From Calcarisporiella thermophila CBS 279.70 (taxonomy: Eukaryota > Fungi > Calcarisporiellomycota): a stretch of DNA of 64,000 bases. Positions within the stretch are counted from its first letter, which is position 1. Every line of letters starts with the position of its first letter. Positions 1-13,548 of this stretch are shown piece by piece. A program made the translations under genes and the position numbers. The notes beneath the pieces are model-generated. The model had not been told where the DNA came from and ran no database searches. It was given only the letters and a program-made list of their open reading frames with translations. The stretch is taken from positions 631,982 to 695,981 of the forward strand of contig NW_027192198.1 in the NCBI RefSeq assembly GCF_041956535.1, written 5' to 3'.

Positions 1-2043
1 CATCACTCCTGGGTCTACGCTCTCCCGCCCACTCAACGTGACCTTCGCATCCGCGAGCTTCCCGAAACCTGTCCGTGAAAATCCAGGCAACATCAATCCA
101 CCACTTGAAAATGGTCTCCCACCAATGCCTACCTGTGTGGTTCAACAAGTGATGGCCAGCAATGCGCAACCACGCCCTAGTAGCGCTTTTGTTGCAAGAA
201 GTTCTGCAGGATATCTCCAATACGCTGCGTACAACCAAAAGGGAGATCGTCTACTGGACTTTAGCGGTGTCGGATACTATGGCGGTGCAGAAGTCCCTTC
301 CACAATGCCTGTAATTGCAAGACTCACTCCTTCTGGCGGAGACGACTCTCACTTCATCCAGCAGGCAATTGTTAATGCTTCCCGGGCCCCCGTTGTAAAC
401 GGATATCGTGGTGCAGTCCAACTTGAAGCCGGCACCTTCATTATGCGTAAACCAATACGTATTGCGAACAGTGGCATTGTATTGCAAGGGGTACCCGGAA
501 AAACGCGCGTTCTTGCCAAAGTGGACCCCAGGGTAAATCAGGAGCTTATCCTCATCAAGGGGCGAGGGCCAAACAAGAAAGATGAATTCGCGCGTCGTAA
601 AGTGGTCGATTCGTACGTCCCAGTTGGATCCTATCTACTTACCCTGGAACACGTTGGTGACCTGAAAGTTGGAGATACAATTGTAGTGGGGCGGGTTGGC
701 AACCAGCAGTGGATTAAAGCTCTAGAGATGGACGTGAGTAAACTATTGATTTGAATCTATTTTTTAAATATTGATTTCTTCGAAATTAATAGATTTATCC
801 AAATGTCTGGAGATCCTCATCGGATGCCCGCGCATATAGAAATGTTGTTGCCGTTGACCCCTTGAAGAAAACCATCGTTATCGATAAGTGAGTAGGCTTT
901 TCGATTGAAAAATCAGCTCTAAATAAGCGCTCGATATTTCTGGAGATACACTCTTCGAATACTAATGTTCTTGTGTATTGTTTTTTTCTATTAGCCCTAT
1001 GCCCATTTCAATAGACAAGCAATGGGTAAGAAATATACATATAAAAATATTTTCGTTGCGATGCTAAATACAACTTTCATATAGGGAGGAGGTTGGGTTG
1101 CGAAGTATACTAATAGGCGCATCAAGCATGTAGGAGTCCAGAACATCCTCTTTGAGTGTCCTTTCAACCGTGGTCGTTCTGTAAAGGATATTAGAGTACC
1201 TGAAGTACGCGACGGTGACTACCGCTTTGCACCCGAAATGTTACAGAATTTCGTATTTACTGTGGATGGCGCCGAGCATTCTTGGGTGCGAAATGTAGTT
1301 GGCGAATATTTCCACAACTTCATCCATGTAGCAGAAGGCAGCAAATCAGTCACAGTCGATGTAAGTATATTGTGAATATCTTGTGTTCGTTATGGCTCAT
1401 TCTCAATTTTCTTTTTCTTTTATCTTTGGTAGAATTGCGATCATCGCTATCCGGTTAAATTCTTGAGCGGCCATAATTCGTTTAAGGTTGGTGGACAACT
1501 CGTGTTGGTGAAAAATTCCAGAAGCGAGTCCAACTTCCACAATTTCCTTGTATCTGGCTATGTTATGGGACCCAATGTTTTCACCAACTGCACTGTCTAC
1601 AATACCCCTACGGATCACGAGAGCAATATGGGACCGCATATGCACTTTTCAACAGGTGTATTGATGGAGAGTAAGTGGAGAGAGTACAATAGTGAAGTAC
1701 CAGGATATCGATTGATTTTCTTTCTATTTTGCAAATAGATATCAAGACGGATGGCAATATCGAGATGATGGAGGCAGCAGCGTTTGGCTCCGGCCACGGT
1801 TGGCAAGCAGGCAACTCTGTTATCTGGAATAGCGAAGCTAACAAGGTTCTAGTGCAATCTCCACCGACATCAGCCAACTTTGAAATCGGTACAATTGTGA
1901 AGGCGGGGAACTCCAAAATTAGGAGTAAAGCACATGTTGATGTTGGTATTGTTGAAATGCGTGGGGTCCATGTCCAACCATGGAGTTTGTATAATGCTCA
2001 AATGGCTGATAAGCAGTTAAGAGCGGGATTATGTAAGATATAA
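1..2043 (+). CDS. Pectin-lyase-like (right-handed beta-helix) protein of a mainly bacterial family, 5'-truncated by the window edge, 5 introns
   Basis: Frame is open from base 2. Hand-spliced exons: ~2-733, 792-887, 995-1024, 1085-1360, 1433-1670, 1739-2043, with GT-AG introns. Motifs GDRLLDFSGVGYYGG, GDDSHFIQQAI, YRGAVQLEAGTF, GPNVF, GPH..STGVL, GSGHGW.AGNSVIWN, VQSPPT, P.SLY.AQ. Confidence 0.7.
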
Positions 2044-2686
2044 AGCCGGAGCCATTGTGTTATATGTAAAAGGAAATTCGTTTTTCCCGTTTAAAATAAT
2101 TTCACGTAAATTATTACTTCTAACTATAATAGGTTGTCTATCTATTTTTTTGTCTATCTATTTTTTCTTTTTTTTTTGTTTACTATATCCATTATACTTT
2201 CCTTATAATGTTATTAAGTCTACATCTGTTGTCATTCAATGCAGTAGTCATTTAATTATTCCTTACTATGTTTATTTTTGGGATCTTATTTCTCCTCGTG
2301 AATGTCTGCAATAAATTTGTAAAAAAAATCCTTAATCAGCCAGGGTTTTGTTAAACAGAATAGACCCTTCCCCACAAAAGATGCATTTTGTTTTATTCAT
2401 TGCTAAAGGCTTAAGAAAATCCGATAAAGTTTCCTTGCGTTTTCATTTTTACATTACTCATGACAAAGTGTTTTTCTTGATTTATCCACGGTGTATCGAT
2501 TCAACTGGGCGTATCTCCTGTTTGATTTGATACAAATTAGCTCGGCCATCGAAAAATTATTCGGGGCTTATCTTAAATGCAACGAGGCTTATTTGGTGGC
2601 CACATAACTCTGACTTATAACCCCCCAGATTACCCCTCCTCATTGCTTTGTGATCGTTATCTCTCACCTTGTCTTCAAATCTCAGC

Positions 2687-5113
2687 ATGGGATTAAGTAA
2701 ATGTCATCTTTCATCAATTTAGACATCACGCTACTAAAACTCAATCTTTGTGTTTGAATTCAAAAATTATATTTTCCATCTAGATAATATAGTTGCTGGA
2801 GCAGTAGTTGCTGCAGCGGCTGCTATGTATGCCGACAGCAAATTCTTCTTAAGGGAAGATTTGAAACATATATCTACTATTATTGGCGTACCGAAGCAGT
2901 GAGTCTCTATACCTAATGGCTCCGAATATGCCTGGCTAATGTTTTAACTCTAATATCAGTATAGAAAAAATGAATAAAGAAGGCAAGATGAACATATCCA
3001 ACCTGTTTATCGATAGAGCACGAGATAACATGAATAAGCCGTATCTTTTTTTCGAGGACCAGATACTGACTTATGGGGAAATTGACAAAAGTAGAATTTA
3101 AACGTTCTATTATATGCTTATAAGGGCACTTAGCTTTGAGTCAAATAATTAGGATCCAATCAGTTGGGACATTTCTTGTTGTCAAGAGGCGTGAAGCGAA
3201 ATGGTAGGTTACTCTCTTTTCTCGAAAGTAGCTAATTTCTTTCTTGGCTCAATGATTGCAATTATTTTTCGATATTAGATATCGTTGCTATATTTCTGCA
3301 AAATAGCCCAGAGTTTATCATATCTTGGATAGCCATCAATAAAATTGGAGCAGTAGCCGCATTCATAAACAACCAACTTACTTCCTCTCCTTTAATTCAC
3401 TGTTTACGCGTGTCTAACGCTCGCGTTCTTCTAATTGACCCAGAGATTAGTGGAGGTGTGCTTGATCAATTGGCAGTGATTAGAGAGCTGGGTATGGAGA
3501 TATGGTCAATTGGAGAGCAGGAGCTAGGATTTTGTGGTGCCGTGAACAGAACTCTGCTAGCAACATTTAGTGAAGAGACGACGCCAGAAGAATTGCGAAT
3601 GCATGCGAAACCCCTGGACAAGGCGATACTAATATATACAAGCGGAACGACTGGATTTCCTAAAGTTTGTCTCTCGATTTAGTTACTTTACATTCATCTG
3701 AAGACAAGTATGCTCAATATTGTTGCTATTTGATAGCCGGCTGTCAACTATTTCTCTCGTATACAGTGTAGGTGGATCTCAACTCATACTTGTGTAACGT
3801 TCGTATTGTTCTGATATACCTCTGTAATATAGTGACCACCTACGTCTGGACTAAACTCTACGGTCTCAGTCCATCGGATCGAGTTTACTGCTGTTTGCCT
3901 CTCTATCATAGTTCAGCAGGCAAATATCAATTTATATTCCGATGGTAGATTATACTATACGCCTAATAGTTAAATTAATACGAATTAGCGATACTTGGTG
4001 CAGCAACTTCCTGGCTCTCCGGCTCTAGCTTCGTACTTGCCAAACGATTTTCTGCTAGGAATTTCTGGAACGACATCCGAAAGCACGATGCAACAGTGAT
4101 AATGTATATTGGAGAGATTTTGCGATATGTCCTCGCTCAGCCCCCTTCGCCTCTGGACCGTGCGCATAGAGTTCGGCTGGCGTATGGAAATGGCCTTCAG
4201 GCAGGAGTTTGGAAAAAGTTGCGACAACGTTATGGAGTCCCAGTGATAGGTGAATTCTTCACCTCTACCGAAGGTGTGTCAGCACTTTTTAATACAAATA
4301 GAGGCGAAATTGGCATTGGGGCAGCTGGGCACCGTGGATTGCTGATGCAGTATATGCCACCCAGGGCCTATATAATTAAATTGGATCCGGAAACAGAGGA
4401 GCCGCTCAGAGATAAACAAGGGCTATGTGTAGTGGCAGAAACAGGAGAGACTGGAGAATTGGTAGTGGAGATAATTGAAAATCAATTCAATCGTTTTGCT
4501 GGATACTATAATAACAAGGAAGAAACTAATAAGAAGCTAGTACAAAACGTGAGAAAAAAGGGTGATCGGTAAACATACATTTTATTTTTCTAATCGATTA
4601 AAGCCCCATTGTAAGTCCTGACCTTTCTATAGTTTTTTCCGGTTTGGTGATCTTATGAAAAAGGACAAGGATGGATTTTACTGGTTTGTTGATCGTATTG
4701 GGGACACGTATCGCTGGAAGTCTGAAAACGTTAGCACTGCAGAAGTTGCCTCTATCGTATCAGAATATCCTGGTATAGATGACCTCATTATTTGTGGAGT
4801 GAAGGTTCCGGGCCATGAGGGCCGGGCAGGACTAGCCGGAATCGTGCCTGGGCCTAATTTCGATATAAAAGGACTCGCCCCATTCCTCAAAGCTAAATTG
4901 CAATCATATGCAATACCGGTGTTCGTACGCATTGTAGAGAGCTTAGAATTGACAGGCACCTATAAACTTAAGAAGCTCGAACTGCAGCGGATCGGCATTA
5001 CCCCTCAAACGGCGGGTAAGGACGATCATATTTATTGGCTGTGCCAGGGAGAATACCGGCCTTTTGGAAAAGTTGAATATGAACGCTTAATAGGTGGAAA
5101 TGTTAAACTCTAA
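2687..5113 (+). CDS. FAT1: Very-long-chain acyl-CoA synthetase / fatty acid transport protein (FATP family), multi-exon
   Basis: AMP-binding motif IYTSGTTGFPK, YIGEILRY, FATP signature FVDRIGDTYRWKSENVSTAEV, hydrophobic N-terminus. ATG 2687 lies in a 10-nt first exon. Ends in -VKL. Confidence 0.9.
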
Positions 5114-5688
5114 TTTATTTGTCCTAGCGACATTCTTTATTTGTACTCTATACTACCATCGATAAATATTAACCAAGATCCTATTAGAATACTATATCTA
5201 TTTAAGTTTTGGAATAAACTATTGATAGAAGTCGAGATAACGAAGTTGAGAAAAAAAAAAGATGTCGGCACCTACCTTCTATTTAGGCAGCTGCATTCGA
5301 CCATTTAACAGTCCCAGTGATTGAATAGAAGGCCTTACAATTGCTGGGGCTGTTGCTTCGTGCTTAATTTTCATGTTCAATTTCAAAATATCGAAAAAGC
5401 AAAATTGTAGATGCTGGCGGGTAACAATTCAGTGCCTTGAATTCTTGAGACATATTTCGAAAAACAGGTATGGAAGCAGCTAAAATAAGTTTTTGGAGGG
5501 AATGGATTTGTCATCGGTTCATATTTAAACCAAACAATAAATCTATCCGGAATAGCAATTTATTAGAGAGGAAAAAATCATGTGTTATTTCCCTTCTGTC
5601 TATATGGATTATGTCGGGATGACGAGCTGTCAAACTTCTGATAAATAAAGAGAGATTCGTATTGTAAGTAAAATAAATGAGGGGACTC

Positions 5689-7105
5689 TTAGTATCCATG
5701 CTTACTTTGAAAACATGAGATCGGCCACTGTGGTCACCCAGTGACGTTGATGGTATCGACGTGGTAGAGGGTAGTGGAGGGGATGTTGTCCAGAGACATA
5801 ATTTGGCGTCTTCTGCCCCGGAGATTAAGAAGTTACTCTGTATGAATTATGAAAAAATTAAAGTAAATACGGGAAAAAAATGATGGATAATTTATATGTA
5901 ATATTACGGATGGACTCCAGTGTATGCTCCGAACAACTTCGCTATGTCCTCCAGCCAATACTTGGCATAGCTGAAGCTCTCCAACATTGACATGCAGCAT
6001 ATTGATATCCCCCCTAAGTAAAGGGCTTAGTCTCTCGATTAACATATCTAACTAATACAGTGACACCTACTGATTTGAACCACCGAGTAAATATAGACGC
6101 TGACCAGAATTGTCGTAGTGGCAGTCGATTACATAGTCTAGTTGCATAACGCCTGGCGAGGATGTTTTTCGCACATCGCCGAAATCAAAAATGCACTCAG
6201 ACTAGAAAATGAAGATAAAGTCAGCACAAACTGGTTAGAAATCGATCCTAGTGAAAATTAACTAACTGTCTCTGCATGCCATAGGGAGAGTGTTTCGATA
6301 TGTGTCAGACAGTATACGTATTCACTATTGGGACCGAAAAAGTTTGCACGATGAACTGATGAGCCAGAGTTAATCACCGCAGTGACTGCCTCATCTTCAT
6401 CGAACTGTGTGACATCGTATAGAGAAACAAGACCATCCGTTGAACCCGTCAGGAGCTGCATAGGATTAGTTGGGTGGAAGTGGAGGAGAGTTATATCGTC
6501 GCAATGGGTTTCTACAAACTGGGACATAAACTGGCTATTTCGAGCATCCCTGTTGAATACGAACGAGTGTAAAAAACCATATAAAACTCAAAATACTAGG
6601 AGGTTCATTTACCAGAAGAGCACTTTAGCATCTTCTTCGACTAGTTCTGTACCCGCTGCTAGGAGAGTTTCGGAACTATTGACATCAATGCAGAGGATGG
6701 GCTCACGTTGAGGAGCTATTGGAGGGGATAGGTTAGGCCATTCGCGCCCTTCAATCAATCTTTATCTCGCGATATGTAACGCATACCTTGGAAGAGTTGC
6801 GCAGGAGTAGTACATTCTGTTCTCAGATCCCACATGGCCACCGTTCCATCCTTCGAACCAGAAAGCAAAAACTGGTCTTTATACACTCGTATCTGGCTGA
6901 CATTGTCTTTGTGGAAATCAAGAGTACGCACGATACTCAATTTTTCGGGATTGTAGAGTTTAATTTGGTGGTTGCTAGCTGATACAATAGCATTTCCGGC
7001 GCCGAATGTCACATCGAAAATATAGGTGTCTCCAAGAGAGAATAGGGTTGAGTGGTGGAGATAGTGGGGTGGAATTAATGTCGGCGCCTGTCCAAGTATC
7101 GTCAT
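5689..7105 (-). CDS. WD40-repeat protein, WDR89/YNL035C-like, 5 introns
   Basis: WD motifs (LLSGSKDGTVAMWD; HCDDITLLHFHP..LLTGSTDGLVSLYD; GGHSEVVRSIHW; LISGAEDAKLCLW). Exons join in phase by GT-AG. Confidence 0.8.
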
Positions 7106-7386
7106 ATTTGTCGAAGCATTATGAATTAGGTTGTCAATCCCTTATAGCTTATTCTTGTTTAGTTGTGGCTTGCGAAGTAATACCGGCACCTGATTCATTT
7201 TGCTCTAATATAGTGATCAAATTCACGGATTTTTCTTGGTATATTTTTTCTAGTTCTACACCATTTTTCACTTTTTTTATACATTTATTATCTTTAACCA
7301 AGTTAGCACATATTCTACGCTTTTTCTGATTTGTACTTAATTACTTCTTCGATTGAGACCAGCGACTCCCATTTCTATTTATAATA

Positions 7387-8562
7387 ATGTCATTTAACGA
7401 TCTAGAGCGTGGCCTAGGATCTGGGCCAAATCGTGACGGTGGTCGCCAAATTGGCGTTTCTGCCCTTATAGGTACACATCCATTTTTCTGAACTATCGAG
7501 GAGCTTAGACATGCTCTGTTAATTTGAAGATTAGAAATTGTGCTAATACACGAATTCTTTCTAAATAATTCTCCGGCTGTATTTTTATAGATGATGATGA
7601 CAAAGAATACAGACTTTTGAGTCGCCGCATATCACAACAGGTCATTAACATCAATGGCAATGTTGCCTCTATTAATCGTTTAATCGGATACCTTGGAACT
7701 CGTAAAGACACTGAAGACACAAGGACGAAACTGTAATCATAAAAGAGCCCCTCCATTTTATCTCCTATTGAATACTGATGAATATTCGTTCATAACAGAC
7801 ACGATTTAACTGAAGCGACACGAGATTTAATTAAGACTACAACCGAGTCGTTAAAAACACTTACGCATTTTCCCTGCAATGATGCTAATAAAACGGTAAA
7901 ATTAAAATTTATATCTCTATACGCACTCCCTATTCATCCTCTACTCTTTCTTAGCGCCAGCGCAAGTTAGAGCAACAGAAGCTCTCTAAGGAGTTCCAGA
8001 GTGTAATGCAAGAATTCCAACGCGCACAGCGTGTGTCAGCTGAAAAACAGCGCGAATCTGTCGATCGGGCTAAAGCTCTTAATATTCGCAACGATGCGTA
8101 TCTGGATGATGAAGATATAAGTCCTGAAGAGCAACCATTAATGGGTGGAGATGCTCAGCGTCAAATGCAGTTACAGGCGCTTGACAACGAAGTCGAATAT
8201 AACGAGTCATTAATAGCGGAACGAGAAACGGAAATTCGTGAGATTGAGCAAGGAATCACTGAGCTGAATGAGATATTTAGAGACCTGGGAACTCTAGTGA
8301 ACGAGCAACAATCAATGCTAGGTAACCTCTCAAATACTTGTATATTGCATTTATATATATATAATAGTATTATCCATAAATATTTTTAGACAACATTGAA
8401 AGCAATGTACAAAATATCTCCGTCAATGTTCGCTCTGCGGCCGATGAGCTAGGTCACGCCAGTAGATATCAACGAAGGGCTCGTAACCGCATGTGCTGTA
8501 TTCTACTCATATTAGTCGTCATTGCATGCATTGTCAGCTTGGGTGTACTTGCTGGAAAATAA
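7387..8562 (+). CDS. PEP12: Endosomal/vacuolar Qa t-SNARE syntaxin (Pep12/Vam3/STX7 family)
   Basis: SNARE motif IAERETEIREIEQGITELNEIFRDLGTLVNEQQSMLDNIESN, C-terminal TM anchor CCILLILVVIACIVSLGVL, 4 introns. Confidence 0.85.
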
Positions 8563-8728
8563 TGCTGATGAGATGATTGAATCGCTCAACCTTTATGTTT
8601 TACACCTTGTTCTCTCCGCTTGTTTCCCGTCTCCGAAACTAGATGTGCGTTTTTCTTCTTTTCTTTAAATAATAAAATGTATTCCCCCCTTCCCTCCCCT
8701 CCCCCCTTTTTCCATCTCTTACTCTCTA

Positions 8729-9236
8729 NNNNNNNNNNNNNNNNNNNNNNNNNNNNNNNNNNNNNNNNNNNNNNNNNNNNNNNNNNNNNNNNNNNNNNNN
8801 NNNNNNNNNNNNNNNNNNNNNNNNNNNNNNNNNNNNNNNNNNNNNNNNNNNNNNNNNNNNNNNNNNNNNNNNNNNNNNNNNNNNNNNNNNNNNNNNNNNN
8901 NNNNNNNNNNNNNNNNNNNNNNNNNNNNNNNNNNNNNNNNNNNNNNNNNNNNNNNNNNNNNNNNNNNNNNNNNNNNNNNNNNNNNNNNNNNNNNNNNNNN
9001 NNNNNNNNNNNNNNNNNNNNNNNNNNNNNNNNNNNNNNNNNNNNNNNNNNNNNNNNNNNNNNNNNNNNNNNNNNNNNNNNNNNNNNNNNNNNNNNNNNNN
9101 NNNNNNNNNNNNNNNNNNNNNNNNNNNNNNNNNNNNNNNNNNNNNNNNNNNNNNNNNNNNNNNNNNNNNNNNNNNNNNNNNNNNNNNNNNNNNNNNNNNN
9201 NNNNNNNNNNNNNNNNNNNNNNNNNNNNNNNNNNNN
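8729..9236. other. Assembly gap (508 N)
   Basis: Run of N flanked by low-complexity pyrimidine/T-rich sequence between two convergent 3' ends. Confidence 0.99.
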
Positions 9237-9525
9237 CTATTTGATGATTTTAGCAATTGTTTATTTTTGGCCATTCTGTGGCTATCTACTTTTTTTTGAT
9301 ATTTTTGTAACTTTTAAAGTATACTTCAAATAAACCCCTATGAACTGCGAAATTCAGTTCGTTTTTGAACTACTTCAGTAACTCTCCACGAAATCGGTTT
9401 GGTTTAAAAATGTTATATTTTACATATTGTAAGTTGGGTATGCAAAGGAAAAAGGAGATAAAGACAGAGAAGAAGATTGGCAGCGCTCAAAATAAATAAC
9501 TAAAGAAGGCAACATGAAAATGCAT

Positions 9526-12278
9526 CTAGAGGCCCAAAAAACTCATCAGACGATTCCACTTAAACTGTTCATCATTCAAATCGGAACTTGTGCCCTTCAC
9601 AAAGTCTAGGGAAGGGGGTCGTTGACGTAAGAGCCGAAGACGACATGATCGCAATAATATAAATATCTGCGTAGTTCTAACAGCATCTACAACATTGGAA
9701 TTTACAGTACTGAGAGACTGCCCTGCTGAAGCAGATGTGCTTGCTGAGCCGGCTGGCTCATAGCTTGCGTAGGTTGGTTTGACGAGTTCACCGTCAAACA
9801 AAAACATCTCCGCAAGCCGCTCGCCGGTTACTTTTAACTCTTGAACGGCACGATCGATTCGATTCAAAAACGAGATGGACAGGACTGAGCGATCCGAAAA
9901 CGTATCACGTAACTTCAAGTGGAAGTACAGCTCTGCCTCTTGGAGCTTTTTGAGTTGTTCGGAGGGGAGACATGGCTCCGTGCCCTGGAAATAAACCAGT
10001 TCGAGGAGAAGTTCTGCCGCCATCTATGCCACGAAATAAATCAAGATTCATTGAAGCATGGTTTTGAAAGAACCTAAACATATCGTACATACTTGAATCG
10101 TGATCATCCTGAAGATTGCCGAGGAATGACACAAAATATGCACCAAGTATGAAATCAGCTCATCTCTCCTCCTGGGCTCTTCTCCCTTGTCTTTTTCCAT
10201 ATCCTTTGGCAGCTTCTGCTTCACATCCTCGACTATGTCCATTCCTGGAGATGCTTTAATTTCTTCGGAACTATACTGTTCCAAGCTCTGCCTAATAGAT
10301 GGTCTTGGTGGAAGCGGAGGGGGTTCCAATCCTTCATATGGATCGAAAACAACGGAGAAGCCGCTCCGGCTACTAAATGAGCGGGTTGAGTCTGTGGAGG
10401 TGCGCCGTCCATCAGAAAGATTCTCGGCGCTAGGGCTTGTGAGAGTATCAAGGATGCGGCGGGCTCGGAAAAGCTTTTGAGGGTAAATATCAGTCTTGAT
10501 GAGTGTATTGGCCTTTGCACCTATAATCGAAGGAGAGTAATAAATGGATTTTTTTTAGCATGGTGTATGAAGTAGACTATGGGGTTGATAGTACCTTGGT
10601 TCCGGCAAGCTAGGTATATTAAGCAAAGTGCTGGCAGGACATTCAAGTCTGACTCAGATGGCATTAAAAAGTCAATGATTGCATCTCTATATATATTACT
10701 AAGGTAAAATAAAATAAAAATAATAAAAATGAATTGAGAAATAGTAGCAATCGTTTCGGGGAGCATTTGTAATACCTTTGACCGAATTCTCTATTGATTC
10801 CTGAAGTAGCGAAAAGTAAACGAATGGTTTTGCCGATCAGAGGAGGGTATTTGATAATGTGGAAGATATGAGAGAGTAGCCAGAGGGAAATGACAGGTCC
10901 AATAGGGGGTTTCTAAATTTGCGTATAGATACGTATAAACATGAGCGAAAATAAGTAATTAAGCATTTAGCGATGAGCATCCCCCAATTTCTAACCTCGG
11001 TATTGCCTAATAATTCAGGCTTCACCAGACCATTAAGATAGAGTGGCAATATTAAATGGTCCACCATATGTAGATTAAGCACCTCATTAATCTTAGGAAC
11101 TCCAAGGTTGATAATATCGTTGACGTAATATAAACAATCGCCATGTTCGGCGAGAAAATACGAAATCCTAGAGATTTTTCCAGGCGAGCTAATAAAAAAC
11201 CCAGCTGCTCAGTATCGGCCATAAAATGGAGGAAAGCTTCTTATTATAATATTTTTTAAAAAAAAGAGAGAAATGTTACCTATTCTGACTGTATAGATCT
11301 TCAAGCGAGACCCCATGATTACCAATGAACCACATAAGATTGGAAAAATATGGTGCAGTAGAGTTATCCAGGATAAAATTTTGCATCCGCTCATCATTGA
11401 CTATATCAAAGAGGAGGTTAAATAAAAATGGAGGTGGAGCAAGAGCAAGTTAAAAATCACCTCTGTAAACATTAAGCGTTATGGTGCGAACTGCCGCGCG
11501 GATCAAACTCTCCTCCGAATTAAAAAACTTGATGGCCTCCGTATATAAGGGGAAATCGTCAAGATGCTTTCAAACCAAACGTCAGCGATTCCAAATTATC
11601 ATGGTTAATAGATGAGGAGTGTGGCTTACTTCATTGAAAAAGAAATGAATCGTATCCTTGTCGAGCTTAAAGGAGAGGGTGCGTAAAAAATAGATGAAGT
11701 ATGCAAGAATCTCGTCGACAGAGAAATCGAACTTGTGGCATATTATTTGATTTACATAGTTGTTCGAGAGCAGAAAGTCTAGTAAAATATTGGACAAGAA
11801 TTCATAAAGATAAAGAGTAAGTTAGAGACATGCCCTATATAGATGAGCGGAGAGGAATTGCCTGGACACATACAAAATACTGTTGGATCTCTGATGTTTT
11901 CAAACAGAATATTTAACGTCTGTAATATCTGGACAATAAGATTCGGCGATCGGCGCTCTTCAAACAATTTCAGGAAATACCAATGAACGTTTTTTTCGAA
12001 GAACCATCTACCATTTAATGCATTAGAAGCGAGTGAGTATGATCAGCAGCTTCTAAACAAAGATCTGTAAATGGAAAAAACTACTCGAGGAGGTCCGGAT
12101 TATTATTCTGATCACCCCACACGAGCAACTGCGTAATCTCTTTGAGCGTGTCAATAATCTGACCCTCATGCGTCTTGGGGGGGTAGCGCTCTAAACTATC
12201 ACATAACTCTTTGAGGTGATCTAGCGAATACTTTTCATATTTAGGCCACAACATCAGTTCCGCCCATTTCGGCCACAT
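9526..12278 (-). CDS. CLEC16A/gop-1-like FPL-domain protein (endolysosomal/autophagy), multi-exon
   Basis: [92 protein letters not shown]. Confidence 0.85.
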
Positions 12279-12973
12279 AGACCTGGAGTGATAGTGCGGA
12301 GTGTAAGTAAATGGGTTGCAATCGTTTGCTACGGTATGGCTACCTTCATATATGTGAAACCTACGAAGATACCAACTTGTGATGTGGCTTTTAATTTTAC
12401 ACTTCCGGGAACTTCCAGGTAAATTGTGTCTTAGTAGATGACCTTTGTTATCACCTTAGCTTAATAGACTCACCATACGTCACTTTGGAGTCGCGTATTT
12501 TCAGCGGCTCCTATTTTTTCACTAATAACTCCACTAACTGCTAACCATTTTTCTATTAACCATCATAGGCAAAATACCTATGAATATTTGAGCACGATTT
12601 GCTCCACTTTGAGCCACCGTGTATCTTGTTAAGCAACACGGAGTGCCCGCATAATAGAGGACTAGTTTTTTTTTTTAAAAAACCAAGCTTAGAGACGCTT
12701 TCCGATATTTCAGAAATGGGAACACTCGTTTTCTTGAATTGCCTTTTACTCCATATTAAGAATAGACAACAGTTGATGTGTCAAATCCCTCAATAGAGTT
12801 CCTTATCTAGACTTGCTTATTCCCCAATACGGGCAGTTGACAGAGGTTGACATGGTAGATTGAGGGTGGCTCCACTAGGTGTTTATGCCCATGCTCTCAA
12901 AACGGTTGTGCCCATATGTGATAGGCCACTTTTCAGCTCAGAATATCCATATTGGCCAAAAATAAAAAATATT

Positions 12974-13328
12974 TGACGTGGAAATCTTGGACATTATGAC
13001 TGTACACTTTGCACGTCATACTAAATATTCAATGAGACAATAAACAAATGTATGAGTAAACAGTAGCCAATAATTTCCTTTCGATCACATTGCACCTTAC
13101 AGGTCGCGGTTGTTAGATTGTTGTATTAACGATGTACAGAGGATGCGGATACATGAGAGCATAAGGCAGATTTGCGGTTCCTAAACTTCAATGTATGCTG
13201 TCATGCTGGACTTCGTGAACGAATTGTGATGGGGAAGAATTGAAACGGTGAATAGAATGATCGGCAGCTTGCTGTTATTTTCTATTGCTACACTTCGCGT
13301 TTATTTAACCACAATAATTCTGACGTGG
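12974..13328. promoter_or_regulatory. Cluster of three TGACGTG(G) bZIP-type motifs upstream of the small orphan gene
   Basis: TGACGTGG at 12974-12981 and 13321-13328; CACGTCA (reverse TGACGTG) at 13012-13018; TATATATAAAA at 13466-13476. Confidence 0.4.
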
Positions 13329-13548
13329 CCTGAATGTTATCATTATTAATCCTGGCACCATATTAATTTTGTTACACAATTGGTTAAAAAAATTTTTGGT
13401 CCGATGATAAAATGAATGATTATTAATGAATCTAGTAAATTTTATTTGGGCTTTGAATGCAAAACTATATATAAAACTCTTCAGAATACCTTTCGCAAAA
13501 CAACAATCACATCGAAAGATATATAACAATTGAATCAAATAATATAAC

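Noticed and set aside
8620-9333. 237-aa and 182-aa ORFs in the ORF track
   Set aside because: They are artefacts of translating the N gap.
12738-12752. TGCCTTTTACT resembling U5 snRNA loop 1
   Set aside because: No closing stem, no downstream AGA and no Sm site.
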